64,000 nucleotides of DNA. Origin: Verrucomicrobiota bacterium. GTDB taxonomy: Bacteria > Verrucomicrobiota > Verrucomicrobiia > Limisphaerales > JADLHS01. The stretch spans positions 337,174 to 401,173 of the forward strand of contig JAKQDQ010000178.1 in assembly GCA_029573725.1 (NCBI GenBank), written 5' to 3'. Positions 38,241-47,248 of the stretch are shown piece after piece. A model generated the notes under the pieces. The model saw only the letters and a program-made list of their open reading frames with translations, was not told the origin of the DNA and searched no databases. The position numbers and the translations under genes were made by a program. Positions within the stretch are counted from its first letter, which is position 1. The number at the start of each line of letters is the position of its first letter.

Positions 38241-38603
38241 TCAGCGGGTTCGCAGATTCCGGCCGGGGTGATGATGCCGGTGATCCATGCCGCCGGAGGC
38301 CCGCCGAATGCAGGCTGGCACGCAGCGTTGGTGGGGTTGGCCACCTGGACGCAGCATTACCGTCGCGGCTTTTATCGTGGTGACCGGCCTGACCGGCCCG
38401 GCCGCCGTCGTGGCGGCGAGGGCGCCGGCGCCGCGCCCCGCCCTGTCGCGAATGGTGGCTGCCGGTGCAAAAAAATTCTGTATGGCGACGTTTTTGAACT
38501 CAGACAGCAGACGCTGCTGATCAATGCGGTGGAGCTGATACGCCGGCGCGCCAAAGGTGACGGTACGGAAGCGGCGTGTTTTGCCGTGAACGGTTGCCTG
38601 CAT
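38241..38603 (-). CDS. hypothetical small protein (uncertain)
   Basis: 120-aa ATG ORF whose stop is 3 nt before the downstream start. Third-position GC is high by hand count. No recognisable motif. Confidence 0.3.
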   Translation of the reverse strand: MQATVHGKTRRFRTVTFGAPAYQLHRIDQQRLLSEFKNVAIQNFFAPAATIRDRAGRGAGALAATTAAGPVRPVTTIKAATVMLRPGGQPHQRCVPACIRRASGGMDHRHHHPGRNLRTR

Positions 38604-38647
38604 GGGGTCAGCCTACGGCGAAGCGCCGGGGAACGCCAGCCTCCCGG

Positions 38648-39070
38648 TCATTTTTCCACGACCTTGAGGCGCTGGATCTCCGCCTGGATTTGCTTGTAAC
38701 GGGAGTGGGCGCGCAACTTCTCCAGATCCGGATCCTTGGCCAGCCACTTGAAATCCCGATAACCGAGGCGCAGGGCGTTTTCCAGCGCATCGGCGGCTGC
38801 GTCGCATTGCTCCAACAGGGCGTAACTGCACGAGAGATTGTAGAAGACCAGCGGGTTGTCCGGCTCCAGCTCGGCGAGGCGTTGATCCACGCCCAGCCCT
38901 TCGGCGAACCGGCCGCGTTTGGTGTAGTTGTCGCCCAGCAACGCGAGCGCTTCCACGTAGCGCGGATCGCGGCGGACGAGGCCTTCCATGAATTGGATTT
39001 GGATGTCCAGCACTCGCGCCTGTTCGCGAGTATTACGGCTTTTTCTACTCTTGCCCGGCATACGACGCAT
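38648..39070 (-). CDS. TPR-repeat protein
   Basis: 140 aa, TPR-like helices (YVEALALLGDNYTKRGRFAEGLGVDQRLAELEPDNPLVFYNLSCSYALL...). Confidence 0.6.
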   Translation of the reverse strand: MRRMPGKSRKSRNTREQARVLDIQIQFMEGLVRRDPRYVEALALLGDNYTKRGRFAEGLGVDQRLAELEPDNPLVFYNLSCSYALLEQCDAAADALENALRLGYRDFKWLAKDPDLEKLRAHSRYKQIQAEIQRLKVVEK

Positions 39071-39218
39071 CCAGATTTTCCGAATCCGCCGGTCAAGTCA
39101 AGCGGCGCCTCGGTTGGCCCGGTCGGCCCGGTCGCCAGGGCGCGCTTGCGTTCCGCTGCTTTTCTGGCAAGATTCCGGTTCGTTGTGGCGGCAGCCGCTG
39201 CAACGGTTAGGAAAATTC

Positions 39219-40571
39219 ATGGTGCACAGCAAGAACACCCCGACGGCCGCACTGGATTCCGGCGTTTACCTGGAAAGATTCAGTCATTTGGAACGAACCA
39301 CCCGGCAACCCGAATGGTTGCTGCCCCTGCGTCAGGCGGGTCTCTCGCGTTTCGGCGAGATCGGTTGGCCCACGTTGAAGCATGAGGATTGGCGCTTCAC
39401 CAACGTCGCCCCCATCACCCGGCTGCCGTTTCAACCGGTGTTTGAGTCCCGCCATGGCGTCACCCCGGCCGACTTGCAACAGCTGGCTTTTGCACGCCAG
39501 CCGGGGACCCGGCTGGTATTTGTCAACGGTCATTATCATGCGGAGCTGTCCTCGCCCGGTCGGCTGCCTGCCGGGGTGGAGGCGGGCAGTTTGGCGGCCG
39601 CCATCGCGAACCACTCCGCCAGTCTGGAGACGCATCTGGGCAAATATGTCGCTGACGCTGACAACGGCTTTGCCGCGCTGAATCAGGCTTTTTTTCTGGA
39701 TGGCGGTTTCATTCATGTGCCGGCGGATACGGTTGTTCCGGAGCCCATACAGTTGCTGTACCTCTGCACGACCCGGGAAAGCGGGGCGACCATTCATCCA
39801 CGCAATCTGATCATTGCCGGGGCCAACAGCCGGGTGACCATCCTCGAAAGCTACGTTGCCCTGGGCGGCACCGGTTATTTTACCAATGCGGTCACGGAGC
39901 TGTTCGCCGCCGAAAAGGCCCAGGTGGAATTCGTCAAGTTTCAGGATGAAGCAACCGATGCCTATCACATTGCGGCGTTCCACGGGGAATTTGGACGTGC
40001 CAGCCAGGTGAATCTGCACTCCTTTGCTCTGGGCGGACAGCTTTCCCGGAACGACATCCGCACCAAGCTGGCCGGCCCGGGACTGGAGTGTGTCTTGAAC
40101 GGCCTGTACCTCACGCGTCACGAACAACTGGCCGACCACCACATGGTGGTGGAACACGCCCAGCCCAATTGCGCCAGTCATGAGTACTTCAACGGCATTC
40201 TGGACGATCGTTCGCGCGGCGTGTTTCACGGGCGCATCCTGGTGCAGCCTCCGGCTCAAAAAACTGACGCCAAGCAGACCAACAAGAACCTCCTGCTCTC
40301 CGATGACGCGAGTGCCAACACCAAACCGCAGTTGGAAATTTACGCGGACGATGTGAAATGCACCCACGGCGCCACGGTCGGCCAGCTGAGTGAGAAGAGC
40401 ATCTTTTACCTCCGCACACGTGGCATTGGCCTGGAAACCGCCAGGCGCATGTTGATCCACGCCTTTGCCGGCGAAATCATCGAGCGCATCAAGCACGAAA
40501 CCGCCCGCGAAGAGCTGGATAAAATCGTCTGGGACCGCCTGGAAGAAAATCCGCGCCTGGCCGAAAAATAA
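39219..40571 (+). CDS. sufD: Fe-S cluster assembly protein SufD
   Basis: Start at ATG 39219. WPTLKHEDWRFTNV near the N-terminus and C-terminal NTKPQLEIYADDVKCTHGATVGQLSEKSIFYLRTRGI. Confidence 0.78.
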   Translation: MVHSKNTPTAALDSGVYLERFSHLERTTRQPEWLLPLRQAGLSRFGEIGWPTLKHEDWRFTNVAPITRLPFQPVFESRHGVTPADLQQLAFARQPGTRLVFVNGHYHAELSSPGRLPAGVEAGSLAAAIANHSASLETHLGKYVADADNGFAALNQAFFLDGGFIHVPADTVVPEPIQLLYLCTTRESGATIHPRNLIIAGANSRVTILESYVALGGTGYFTNAVTELFAAEKAQVEFVKFQDEATDAYHIAAFHGEFGRASQVNLHSFALGGQLSRNDIRTKLAGPGLECVLNGLYLTRHEQLADHHMVVEHAQPNCASHEYFNGILDDRSRGVFHGRILVQPPAQKTDAKQTNKNLLLSDDASANTKPQLEIYADDVKCTHGATVGQLSEKSIFYLRTRGIGLETARRMLIHAFAGEIIERIKHETAREELDKIVWDRLEENPRLAEK

Positions 40572-40869
40572 GTGCGCCGCGCGGGCCGGCCTCAAAACCG
40601 CAGCCGGACTGAACCGCGCCCAATCGAGCAGCAGAAGCCGGGGGGCAGGACGCGGGGTTTTGTTGGTTCGCGTGTTCCATTGCTTTCGCCGTCTTCCCGA
40701 CGATGCCCGGCAAAACCACAACCGCGGGCGACGCGCTTCACGAGGTTGCCGGACCAAACCGGCGCGCAAGCGCCCAGCCGGACCGGCAAAATCACGAATT
40801 TCACTTTCTCTTCATGTTTGGCCTGCTATGGATGGGCAGACGAGAGCCTGTCGCCAGGCGCGGAAGCCG

Positions 40870-41520
40870 ATGAGAATTCTAGCCGTTGAAGATCAGCCTG
40901 ACCTGCTGCGGACGATTGCCAAGACGCTGCGCGAGAATGGCTATGCCGTGGATACGGCGCGGGATGGGCGGGACGGACTGGAGAAGGCGCGGAGTGTGGA
41001 TTATGACCTGGTCCTCCTGGATGTCATGCTTCCCGAACTGGATGGCTGGGAGGTCCTGCGCCAGCTTCGCAAGGAAAAGAAGACGCCCGTGTTGATGCTC
41101 ACCGCGCGGGATGCCGTGCCCGACCGCGTCAAGGGCTTGAACAGTGGCGCGGATGACTACCAAACCAAACCGTTCGAGTTTGATGAACTGCTGGCGCGGA
41201 TCAATGCCCTGATTCGACGCGCCGCGGGCCAGGCCGAACCCAATCTGAGGATTCAAGATCTGGAGATTGATACGGCGGGAAAGCGTGTCTTCAAAAATGG
41301 AGCGGAAGTGACGTTGACGGCCCGCGAATATTCGCTGCTGGAGTTTCTGGCGTTGCGGCGCGGGCAGGTGGTCACGCGCACCATGCTTTACGATCATTTG
41401 CTCGACGAGGAGGATGACTCGCTTTCCAACCTCATGGACGTTTATGTCGCCTCGATCCGGCGCAAGCTGGGTGCCGAACTCATTGTCACGCGGCGCGGGC
41501 TCGGCTATTTGATCGAATGA
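40870..41520 (+). CDS. OmpR-family response regulator
   Basis: MRILAVEDQPDL...LVLLDVMLPELDG...MLTARD...GADDYQTKPF receiver domain plus a winged-helix output (LTAREYSLLEFL...IVTRRGLGYLI). Confidence 0.92.
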   Translation: MRILAVEDQPDLLRTIAKTLRENGYAVDTARDGRDGLEKARSVDYDLVLLDVMLPELDGWEVLRQLRKEKKTPVLMLTARDAVPDRVKGLNSGADDYQTKPFEFDELLARINALIRRAAGQAEPNLRIQDLEIDTAGKRVFKNGAEVTLTAREYSLLEFLALRRGQVVTRTMLYDHLLDEEDDSLSNLMDVYVASIRRKLGAELIVTRRGLGYLIE

Positions 41521-42917
41521 ACCTGTTCCACTCCATTCGCTGGCGGTTGCAACTCTGGCACGGTGCCGTCCTGCTCATGGTGCTGACCGCCTTTGGCTTC
41601 ACGGCGTATCGGCTCGCCTATGAAAACCGTTTTCGGATGATTGACCGCGAGCTGCAAAAGGCCACGGAGCGGCTGTTCAAGTCCTTCGCGCCGAAAGACC
41701 ATGACGCCAAAGGGAAGCCGCCGCCACCGGACTTTTCCAAGGGCCCGGTGGACATGCTGGCGCGGGTGGACATTCCCGAACCGGAGGACACCTATTATGC
41801 CTTCCTGGAAAATGGGACCATCAAGCGCGCGTCAAAAAACGCGCCGGCGGACATTCCCCCACCGCAAGCGTTCTTCGAAGGCGCGGCGATTCGCATGCGC
41901 GGAGAGTGGCGCGAGCAGGTCATGTGCAAAAACCCCAACGCGAGCCTGGTGATTGGGCGGTCCGTGGCCACGGACCTCGCCGATTTGCACCGGCTGGCCT
42001 GGATCATGGGACTGGTCGGCGCCGCGGTGGCGGCGTTCGGACTGATCGGGGGATGGTGGATTGCCAACGGCGCCATCCGGCCGGTCCACGACATCAGCGA
42101 AACGGCCTCAAAAATCGCCGGAGGCAATCTCGCCGAACGCATCAAAGTTCCCCATGCCGGCAACGAGCTCGGGCCCCTCGCGCACACCCTCAATTCCACC
42201 TTTGACCGGCTGCACGTCGCCTACGAACAGCTCCGCGCGGCGCTGCAACGACAAACCGACTTTACGGCGGATGCGTCGCATGAGTTGAGAACGCCCGTCT
42301 CCGTGATTCTCGCCGAGACCTCGTCCACGCTGGCGCGGGACCGAACGACGGAGGAATACCAGGAATCCCTGGAATCCATCCAGCGGTCGGCCCGCCGCAT
42401 GCGCCAACTCACCGAATCGCTGCTGACGCTGGCGCGACTGGACTCGAACCACAATTCCGAACGCGTCCGGTGCGACGTGCAAATCCTCACCCGGGAAATC
42501 CTGGAGGGGTTGCGGCCGCTGGCGGCGCAGCATCAGGTGAGTCTGAGCGAGGATTTGTCACCTGTGGCCATGACTGCAAATCCGGCGCAGATCGGGCAGG
42601 TGATCGAAAACCTGCTGAGCAACGCCATTCACCATAGCCGGCCGGGTGGGACTTGCCGGATCAAGGTGACGCTGGACAATGGATCGCCCACCATTACGGT
42701 GAGCGATGACGGCCCCGGCATTGCTGCAACGGATTTGCCGCATATTTTTGAGCGCTTTTACCGGGCGGACAAATCACGCTCCCAAACCCACGGCGGCGTC
42801 GGGTTGGGGCTGGCCATCGCGAAGGCCATCATCGAGGCGCACCAGGGCAACATCTCCGTCTCCAGCCAGCCCGGAAAAGGTTCAATCTTCACCGTCCGGT
42901 TCGCTCCGGGGAATTAG
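41517..42917 (+). CDS. sensor histidine kinase (TM-periplasmic-TM, HAMP, HisKA, HATPase_c)
   Basis: ATGA overlap with the regulator. H-box FTADASHELRTPVS, N-box NLLSNAIHH, G-boxes DDGPGI and GGVGLGLAIAK. Confidence 0.9.
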   Translation: MNLFHSIRWRLQLWHGAVLLMVLTAFGFTAYRLAYENRFRMIDRELQKATERLFKSFAPKDHDAKGKPPPPDFSKGPVDMLARVDIPEPEDTYYAFLENGTIKRASKNAPADIPPPQAFFEGAAIRMRGEWREQVMCKNPNASLVIGRSVATDLADLHRLAWIMGLVGAAVAAFGLIGGWWIANGAIRPVHDISETASKIAGGNLAERIKVPHAGNELGPLAHTLNSTFDRLHVAYEQLRAALQRQTDFTADASHELRTPVSVILAETSSTLARDRTTEEYQESLESIQRSARRMRQLTESLLTLARLDSNHNSERVRCDVQILTREILEGLRPLAAQHQVSLSEDLSPVAMTANPAQIGQVIENLLSNAIHHSRPGGTCRIKVTLDNGSPTITVSDDGPGIAATDLPHIFERFYRADKSRSQTHGGVGLGLAIAKAIIEAHQGNISVSSQPGKGSIFTVRFAPGN

Positions 42918-43039
42918 ACCGAAAAAATTTCCCCCCGCATGGTCGTTTCACGTTCCTTTCATGTTCATTCTGCGACAATGGGCGGGATGATTATGGTTGC
43001 CAGCTCACTACAGATTTGGGTCAACGGAGGTCGGAACCG

Positions 43040-43693
43040 ATGAAATGGAAAAGCGTTTTACTTCTGTGCCTGGTCTCAGCCGTATCCGGGTGGGTGGGAT
43101 ACTACCTGGGCGCCATGCGCAACCCGGGTGCCATGCGGCTCGCCGGAGATTCCGGGGTGGCCCTGGATTATCTGGTTTCAACGAAATCCTTTTCGGAGGT
43201 CGAGCAGGCCCGGGCCGTTTTGGATGCTCTGGCTGGGCAATACGCTCAAAGCGCCGAACGCTTGATTGTCCAGGAGCACCTGAGCCAGCAGTTCGACTAC
43301 CGGGTTCGGATGTCCAACCCAGAACGCCCCACGGTCGCCGCCATCCATTTGCTCGATGAAGCTCTGCCCGAATTCCGGGGCACCGAAGCGGAATTACGAT
43401 TGCTGCAACCACTGCTCATCGCGCTCAAGCGGGAGAAACTTTACGACCGCTGGTTGGATGCCTATCTGGATGCCTTGTACCGGCATCCGACCCACGAAAT
43501 GATGAGCACGCTGGCGGCCGAGGCGCTCGGGATCGGTCAGACCGTGGGGCGGGAGCAGGAACTGACCGCCGGCCTTCGTTACGTCAGTGATTTTCCGTTC
43601 CATTTTCCGGCCAAATCAAAGATCGAACATACGTTGATGAGCGCCCTCGCCAGAACCCGATTCGCCGGCCACGACCATGAATGTCCATTGTGA
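43040..43693 (+). CDS. membrane-anchored hypothetical protein
   Basis: ATG at 43040, preceded by GGAGG 9 nt upstream. N-terminal anchor WKSVLLLCLVSAVSGWVGYYL, helical remainder. Overlaps the next gene by 17 nt. Confidence 0.55.
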   Translation: MKWKSVLLLCLVSAVSGWVGYYLGAMRNPGAMRLAGDSGVALDYLVSTKSFSEVEQARAVLDALAGQYAQSAERLIVQEHLSQQFDYRVRMSNPERPTVAAIHLLDEALPEFRGTEAELRLLQPLLIALKREKLYDRWLDAYLDALYRHPTHEMMSTLAAEALGIGQTVGREQELTAGLRYVSDFPFHFPAKSKIEHTLMSALARTRFAGHDHECPL

Positions 43694-44219
43694 CCAAACC
43701 CGGCAGCGGCTGCCCGCCGCCCGCAACACACTCTGGATTTTCGCCAGCGCCCTGATGGGACTGCTGCTGGTATTCCGGACGCATTACTCCCTGTATCTGA
43801 CCAAGGGTGAAAGCATGCTCCCGGGCCTGCAATCCGGTGATTTGGTCCTGGTGGACAAGCTGGCCTACCGGACAACGGAGCCCGAACGGGGTGACATTGT
43901 GGTGGCGCGCGATCACGATGACCTGATCGTCAAGCGCGTCGTGGGACTGCCGGGTGAGGAAATCGAATTGGTGCAGGGAAAACTCCGGGTCAACCGGCAG
44001 CCGTTCCCCGAAGCCTATGCCGTCGAGCCGGGTATGTTGAGCCTGCAAAGAGGCAGGTTGTGGGAAGACCGGTATGCACTACTTGGCGACAACCGTGCCG
44101 TCTCCAGTTCCACGGTCGTTCATGCGGTCGTGGCGAAGGAGCAAATCGTGGGGAAGGTGGTGCAGTCGCTGCGCCTGTGGCCGGATTGGTGGACCGCAAA
44201 GTTCAACCCGGCAGCGTGA
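43677..44219 (+). CDS. lepB: short S26-family signal peptidase I
   Basis: TM segment, GESMLPGLQSGDLVLV (Ser box), GDIVVA, IVKRVVGLPGEEI (Lys box), LLGDNRAVS. Confidence 0.72.
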   Translation: MNVHCDQTRQRLPAARNTLWIFASALMGLLLVFRTHYSLYLTKGESMLPGLQSGDLVLVDKLAYRTTEPERGDIVVARDHDDLIVKRVVGLPGEEIELVQGKLRVNRQPFPEAYAVEPGMLSLQRGRLWEDRYALLGDNRAVSSSTVVHAVVAKEQIVGKVVQSLRLWPDWWTAKFNPAA

Positions 44220-44371
44220 TCGGGATTCTCCCGGCCCAAGCCACATGAGCATGCGCATCGTATCAGTTACCGGAGCTTGGCAACGCATTGCCTCGCGGGG
44301 TAGGAGTGGCCGGAAATGAGATTGCAAGCGCGCGTGAATCCGGATTCGATGCCTGGCCGACGTCGCAGGCA

Positions 44372-46489
44372 ATGACAGCAATGAAGCAACAGAAACCAGC
44401 ACCAGAAATGGGATTCCGCCCCTCGCACTCCGGAGGCGGCCCCCGCTGGCGGTGGGCCCTCGGCGTGGTGGCGGGAGCGGGTTTGATTCTGCTCGCCTTG
44501 GGGAGTGTGCTGGCTTTGCAAAAGTCCGTGCCCGCCAGCGCAACACACGAACTGAACGGGGATCGGTTGTATGACCTCACCAACGTGTGGACGGTGCATC
44601 TGAAGTTCGCGCCCGATCAATGGGAGGCGATGGAGCCAAAAGGCGGGGCCAATCCGTTCGGAGGTTTTGGCGGCGGTCCGCCACGTGGAGATCGCCCCGG
44701 TGGACCTGGTGGGCGGGGTGGGTTCAGCGTGGCGATGCTGCTGTCGCCCGTCTTCATGACGCAGGGCGACGCCAACCGTGATGATCGGTTGTCCCAGGAG
44801 GAGTTCACGACACTGGCACAAAAGTGGTTTCGGGCCTGGGATACCAATCAGACCGGAAAGCTCGACGCGGACCAGATTCGGACGGGCCTCAATGCCACCG
44901 GCAATCCGCCCGGAGCTCGCGGCCGTGGCGGGCCGGGTCGGGGACTCATGCTCCAGGGGCCGGAGGGCAAGCGCAACGGCCTGGCTTCCGCCATGGGAAT
45001 CGAGTTCGTTTACGTGCACGCCGACCTGGAATTTGCAGGGCGGCTGTTGCGAGACGTAGGCGTGCGCTACAAGGGCAACGGCACCTTCCTCGAGTCGCGG
45101 GGTTCACTCAAACGCTCGCTCAAGGTGGATCTCAATCAGTACGTGAAAGGCCAGGGGCTGGGTGAGGTGACGACCTTGACGCTGCAGAACAACGTCACGG
45201 ACGCGAGCCTGATGAACGAGGTGCTGGCGTACCGGCTCTATCGGGATGCCGGCGTTCCCGCACCCCGCACCAGTTATGCGAAGGTGTTCATCACCGTGCC
45301 GGGAAAATTCGAGCGACAATACTTTGGCCTCTACTCGATCAGCGAAAACGTGAGCAAACAATTTGCCGCCCGGCATTTTGGCACCAAGAAGGGCGCGATC
45401 TTCAAGCCCGTCACGCCCGCGCTGTTCAATTACCTGGGCGATAACTGGGCGCGGTACAACCAGACGTACGATCCCAAGACCCAGCTTTTCGACGAGCAGA
45501 AGCAGGCGGTGATGGATTTGTGCCGCCTCGTCACCGATGCGAGCGACGCCGAGTTCGCCGCGCGGATCGGGCATCACATTGATCTGCCCGAGTTCGCGCG
45601 TTACCTGGCGGTGACGGTTTACCTCTCGGACCTGGACGGGATTCTCGGCCCGGGACAGAACTTTTATCTGCATCTGCACCCGAAGACCCAACTGTTCCAG
45701 TTCATCCCGTGGGACCAAGATCATTCGTGGGGGCAGTTCAATCGCGCCAGCCAGGAGCAACGCGATCAGTTGAGCGTTCTTCACCCGTGGCAGGGCGAGA
45801 ATTTTTTCCTCGAACGCATGTTCAAGGTGGAAGCGTTCAAAAATCTGTATCTGGCCCGGCTGGACGAGTTCAGCAAAACAATCTTCGCACCCGAACGCTT
45901 CGCCCGTCAGGTGGACGAAATCGCCGCCGTCATCCGCCCGGCCGTCCAGGAGGAGTCCGAAGCCAAACTTGAGCGGTTCGACAAGGCGGTCGCGGGCGAA
46001 ATCCTCACCGGTGGCGGATTCGGTCCGTTTGGCGGTTCCGGGATCAAACCGATCAAACCCTTCACCGTGGTGCGAACCGAGTCGGTGCGCGATCAAGTGG
46101 CCGGTCGGTCGGAAGGTCTGGTGGCGGGCGGCTTCGGGTTTCCGGGAGGCGGCGGCGGGGGTTCGGGCGGCGGTCCGCCGCGTGGAGGCGGTCCCGGCGG
46201 ACCCGGCGGGCGGGGTGGTTTTGGCCCGGGCATGATCTTCGCCGAACCTTTGCTCAAGGCCTTGGATGAAAACAAGGACTCCGCCGTAACGCGCGACGAG
46301 TTCGTCCAGGGATTTGCACGGCTCTTCGAGGCGTGGAACACGGACAAGGGCGGTTCGCTGACGGAGCAACAACTTCGCTCCGGAATCGAAAAGGATTTGT
46401 CCCCACCTCGGGGTGAATTCCCGCCCTTTGGCCGGCCTCCGGGCCAGGGTTCCGCACCCCCAGGACCGGATCAACCGTCGCCACCCTGA
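44372..46489 (+). CDS. exported CotH kinase-family protein flanked by duplicated Gly/Pro/Arg-rich plus EF-hand-like modules
   Basis: First ATGs at 44372 and 44381 (the track start at 44288 is TTG). TM/signal segment WALGVVAGAGLILLALGSVLAL. CotH-like core (LKVDLNQY...LQNNVTDASLMNEVLAYRLYRDAGVPAPR...NFYLHLHPKTQLFQFIPWDQDHSWG). EF-hand-like loops DANRDDRLSQEE, DTNQTGKLDADQ, DENKDSAVTRDE, NTDKGGSLTEQQ. Confidence 0.78.
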   Translation: MTAMKQQKPAPEMGFRPSHSGGGPRWRWALGVVAGAGLILLALGSVLALQKSVPASATHELNGDRLYDLTNVWTVHLKFAPDQWEAMEPKGGANPFGGFGGGPPRGDRPGGPGGRGGFSVAMLLSPVFMTQGDANRDDRLSQEEFTTLAQKWFRAWDTNQTGKLDADQIRTGLNATGNPPGARGRGGPGRGLMLQGPEGKRNGLASAMGIEFVYVHADLEFAGRLLRDVGVRYKGNGTFLESRGSLKRSLKVDLNQYVKGQGLGEVTTLTLQNNVTDASLMNEVLAYRLYRDAGVPAPRTSYAKVFITVPGKFERQYFGLYSISENVSKQFAARHFGTKKGAIFKPVTPALFNYLGDNWARYNQTYDPKTQLFDEQKQAVMDLCRLVTDASDAEFAARIGHHIDLPEFARYLAVTVYLSDLDGILGPGQNFYLHLHPKTQLFQFIPWDQDHSWGQFNRASQEQRDQLSVLHPWQGENFFLERMFKVEAFKNLYLARLDEFSKTIFAPERFARQVDEIAAVIRPAVQEESEAKLERFDKAVAGEILTGGGFGPFGGSGIKPIKPFTVVRTESVRDQVAGRSEGLVAGGFGFPGGGGGGSGGGPPRGGGPGGPGGRGGFGPGMIFAEPLLKALDENKDSAVTRDEFVQGFARLFEAWNTDKGGSLTEQQLRSGIEKDLSPPRGEFPPFGRPPGQGSAPPGPDQPSPP

Positions 46490-46533
46490 TCGCGCAACAT
46501 TTTCCAAGCACAACTCCAATCAAGCCAACAACC

Positions 46534-47220
46534 ATGCAAATCGAACAATCCCTCCGTGAACTATTGTGGAATCCTGAAATGGTCGCTTCCTTGCCCAAGC
46601 TCGTCCTGAGCCTCGGCATCGCCGCCTTGCTCGGCGTCATTCTGGGACAGGTTTATATCCGCTTCGGGCAGTCCCTCTCCAACCGCCGGCTCTTTGCCCG
46701 GAACTTCCTCGTGCTGGTGGTAACCACGACGCTGATCATCAGCATCGTCCGTTCCTCCCTGGCGCTTTCGCTGGGCCTCGTGGGCGCGTTGTCCATCGTG
46801 CGATTTCGCGCCGCCATCAAGGAGCCTGAGGAACTGGCCTTTTTGTTCCTCGCCATCAGCATCGGGCTGGGATTGGGCGCAGGCCAGGCTTTGGTCACCA
46901 TCGTCGCCCTGGCCATCATCCTCGGTCTCATCATCCTTCGCGGCCTGACCCGGTCCACGCCGGGAAATCCCAATCTCTACCTGACCGTCACCACGCCGGC
47001 CCAGGCGCAGTTGGGTGCCGACCAGATGCTCAAGACCCTGGCGGAAGTTGGCGCGACGGCCAGCTTGAAACGCTTTGATCAATCGGCCGATCAACTCGAA
47101 GCGGCTTTCCACGTGGACTTCAAACAAGTCGCCCACCTCGAACGGTTTTCCCAGCGGCTTCGCGAGTTGAGCCCCAACGTCCGGGTGAGCTGTCTCGAAG
47201 ACCGCGGTCTCCATTCCTAG
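46534..47220 (+). CDS. DUF4956 family membrane protein
   Basis: Four or five TM helices and the hallmark LGLVGALSIVRFRAAIKEPEELAFLFLAISIGLGLG. Confidence 0.78.
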   Translation: MQIEQSLRELLWNPEMVASLPKLVLSLGIAALLGVILGQVYIRFGQSLSNRRLFARNFLVLVVTTTLIISIVRSSLALSLGLVGALSIVRFRAAIKEPEELAFLFLAISIGLGLGAGQALVTIVALAIILGLIILRGLTRSTPGNPNLYLTVTTPAQAQLGADQMLKTLAEVGATASLKRFDQSADQLEAAFHVDFKQVAHLERFSQRLRELSPNVRVSCLEDRGLHS

Positions 47221-47248
47221 AAATCCCCATCAACTTTTCAAGCCGCCG

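Noticed and set aside
37095-39100. Possible genomic island integrated at tRNA-Val
   Set aside because: I saw no integrase, recombinase or phage gene nearby and no duplicated copy of the tRNA 3' end downstream. Composition looks like the rest of the window.
39116-39133. Tandem 9-bp repeat GGCCCGGTC x2 in the TPR/sufD divergent region
   Set aside because: It is a very short GC-rich duplication of a kind expected by chance in this composition, with no flanking symmetry. It is noted but not interpreted.
39207-40769. 520-aa ORF antisense to sufD
   Set aside because: It is a shadow of a gene with the conserved SufB/D C-terminal signature and has no motifs of its own.
45104-46519. 471-aa ORF antisense to cotH
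   Set aside because: It is a shadow ORF; the sense strand has the CotH core and EF-hand loops.
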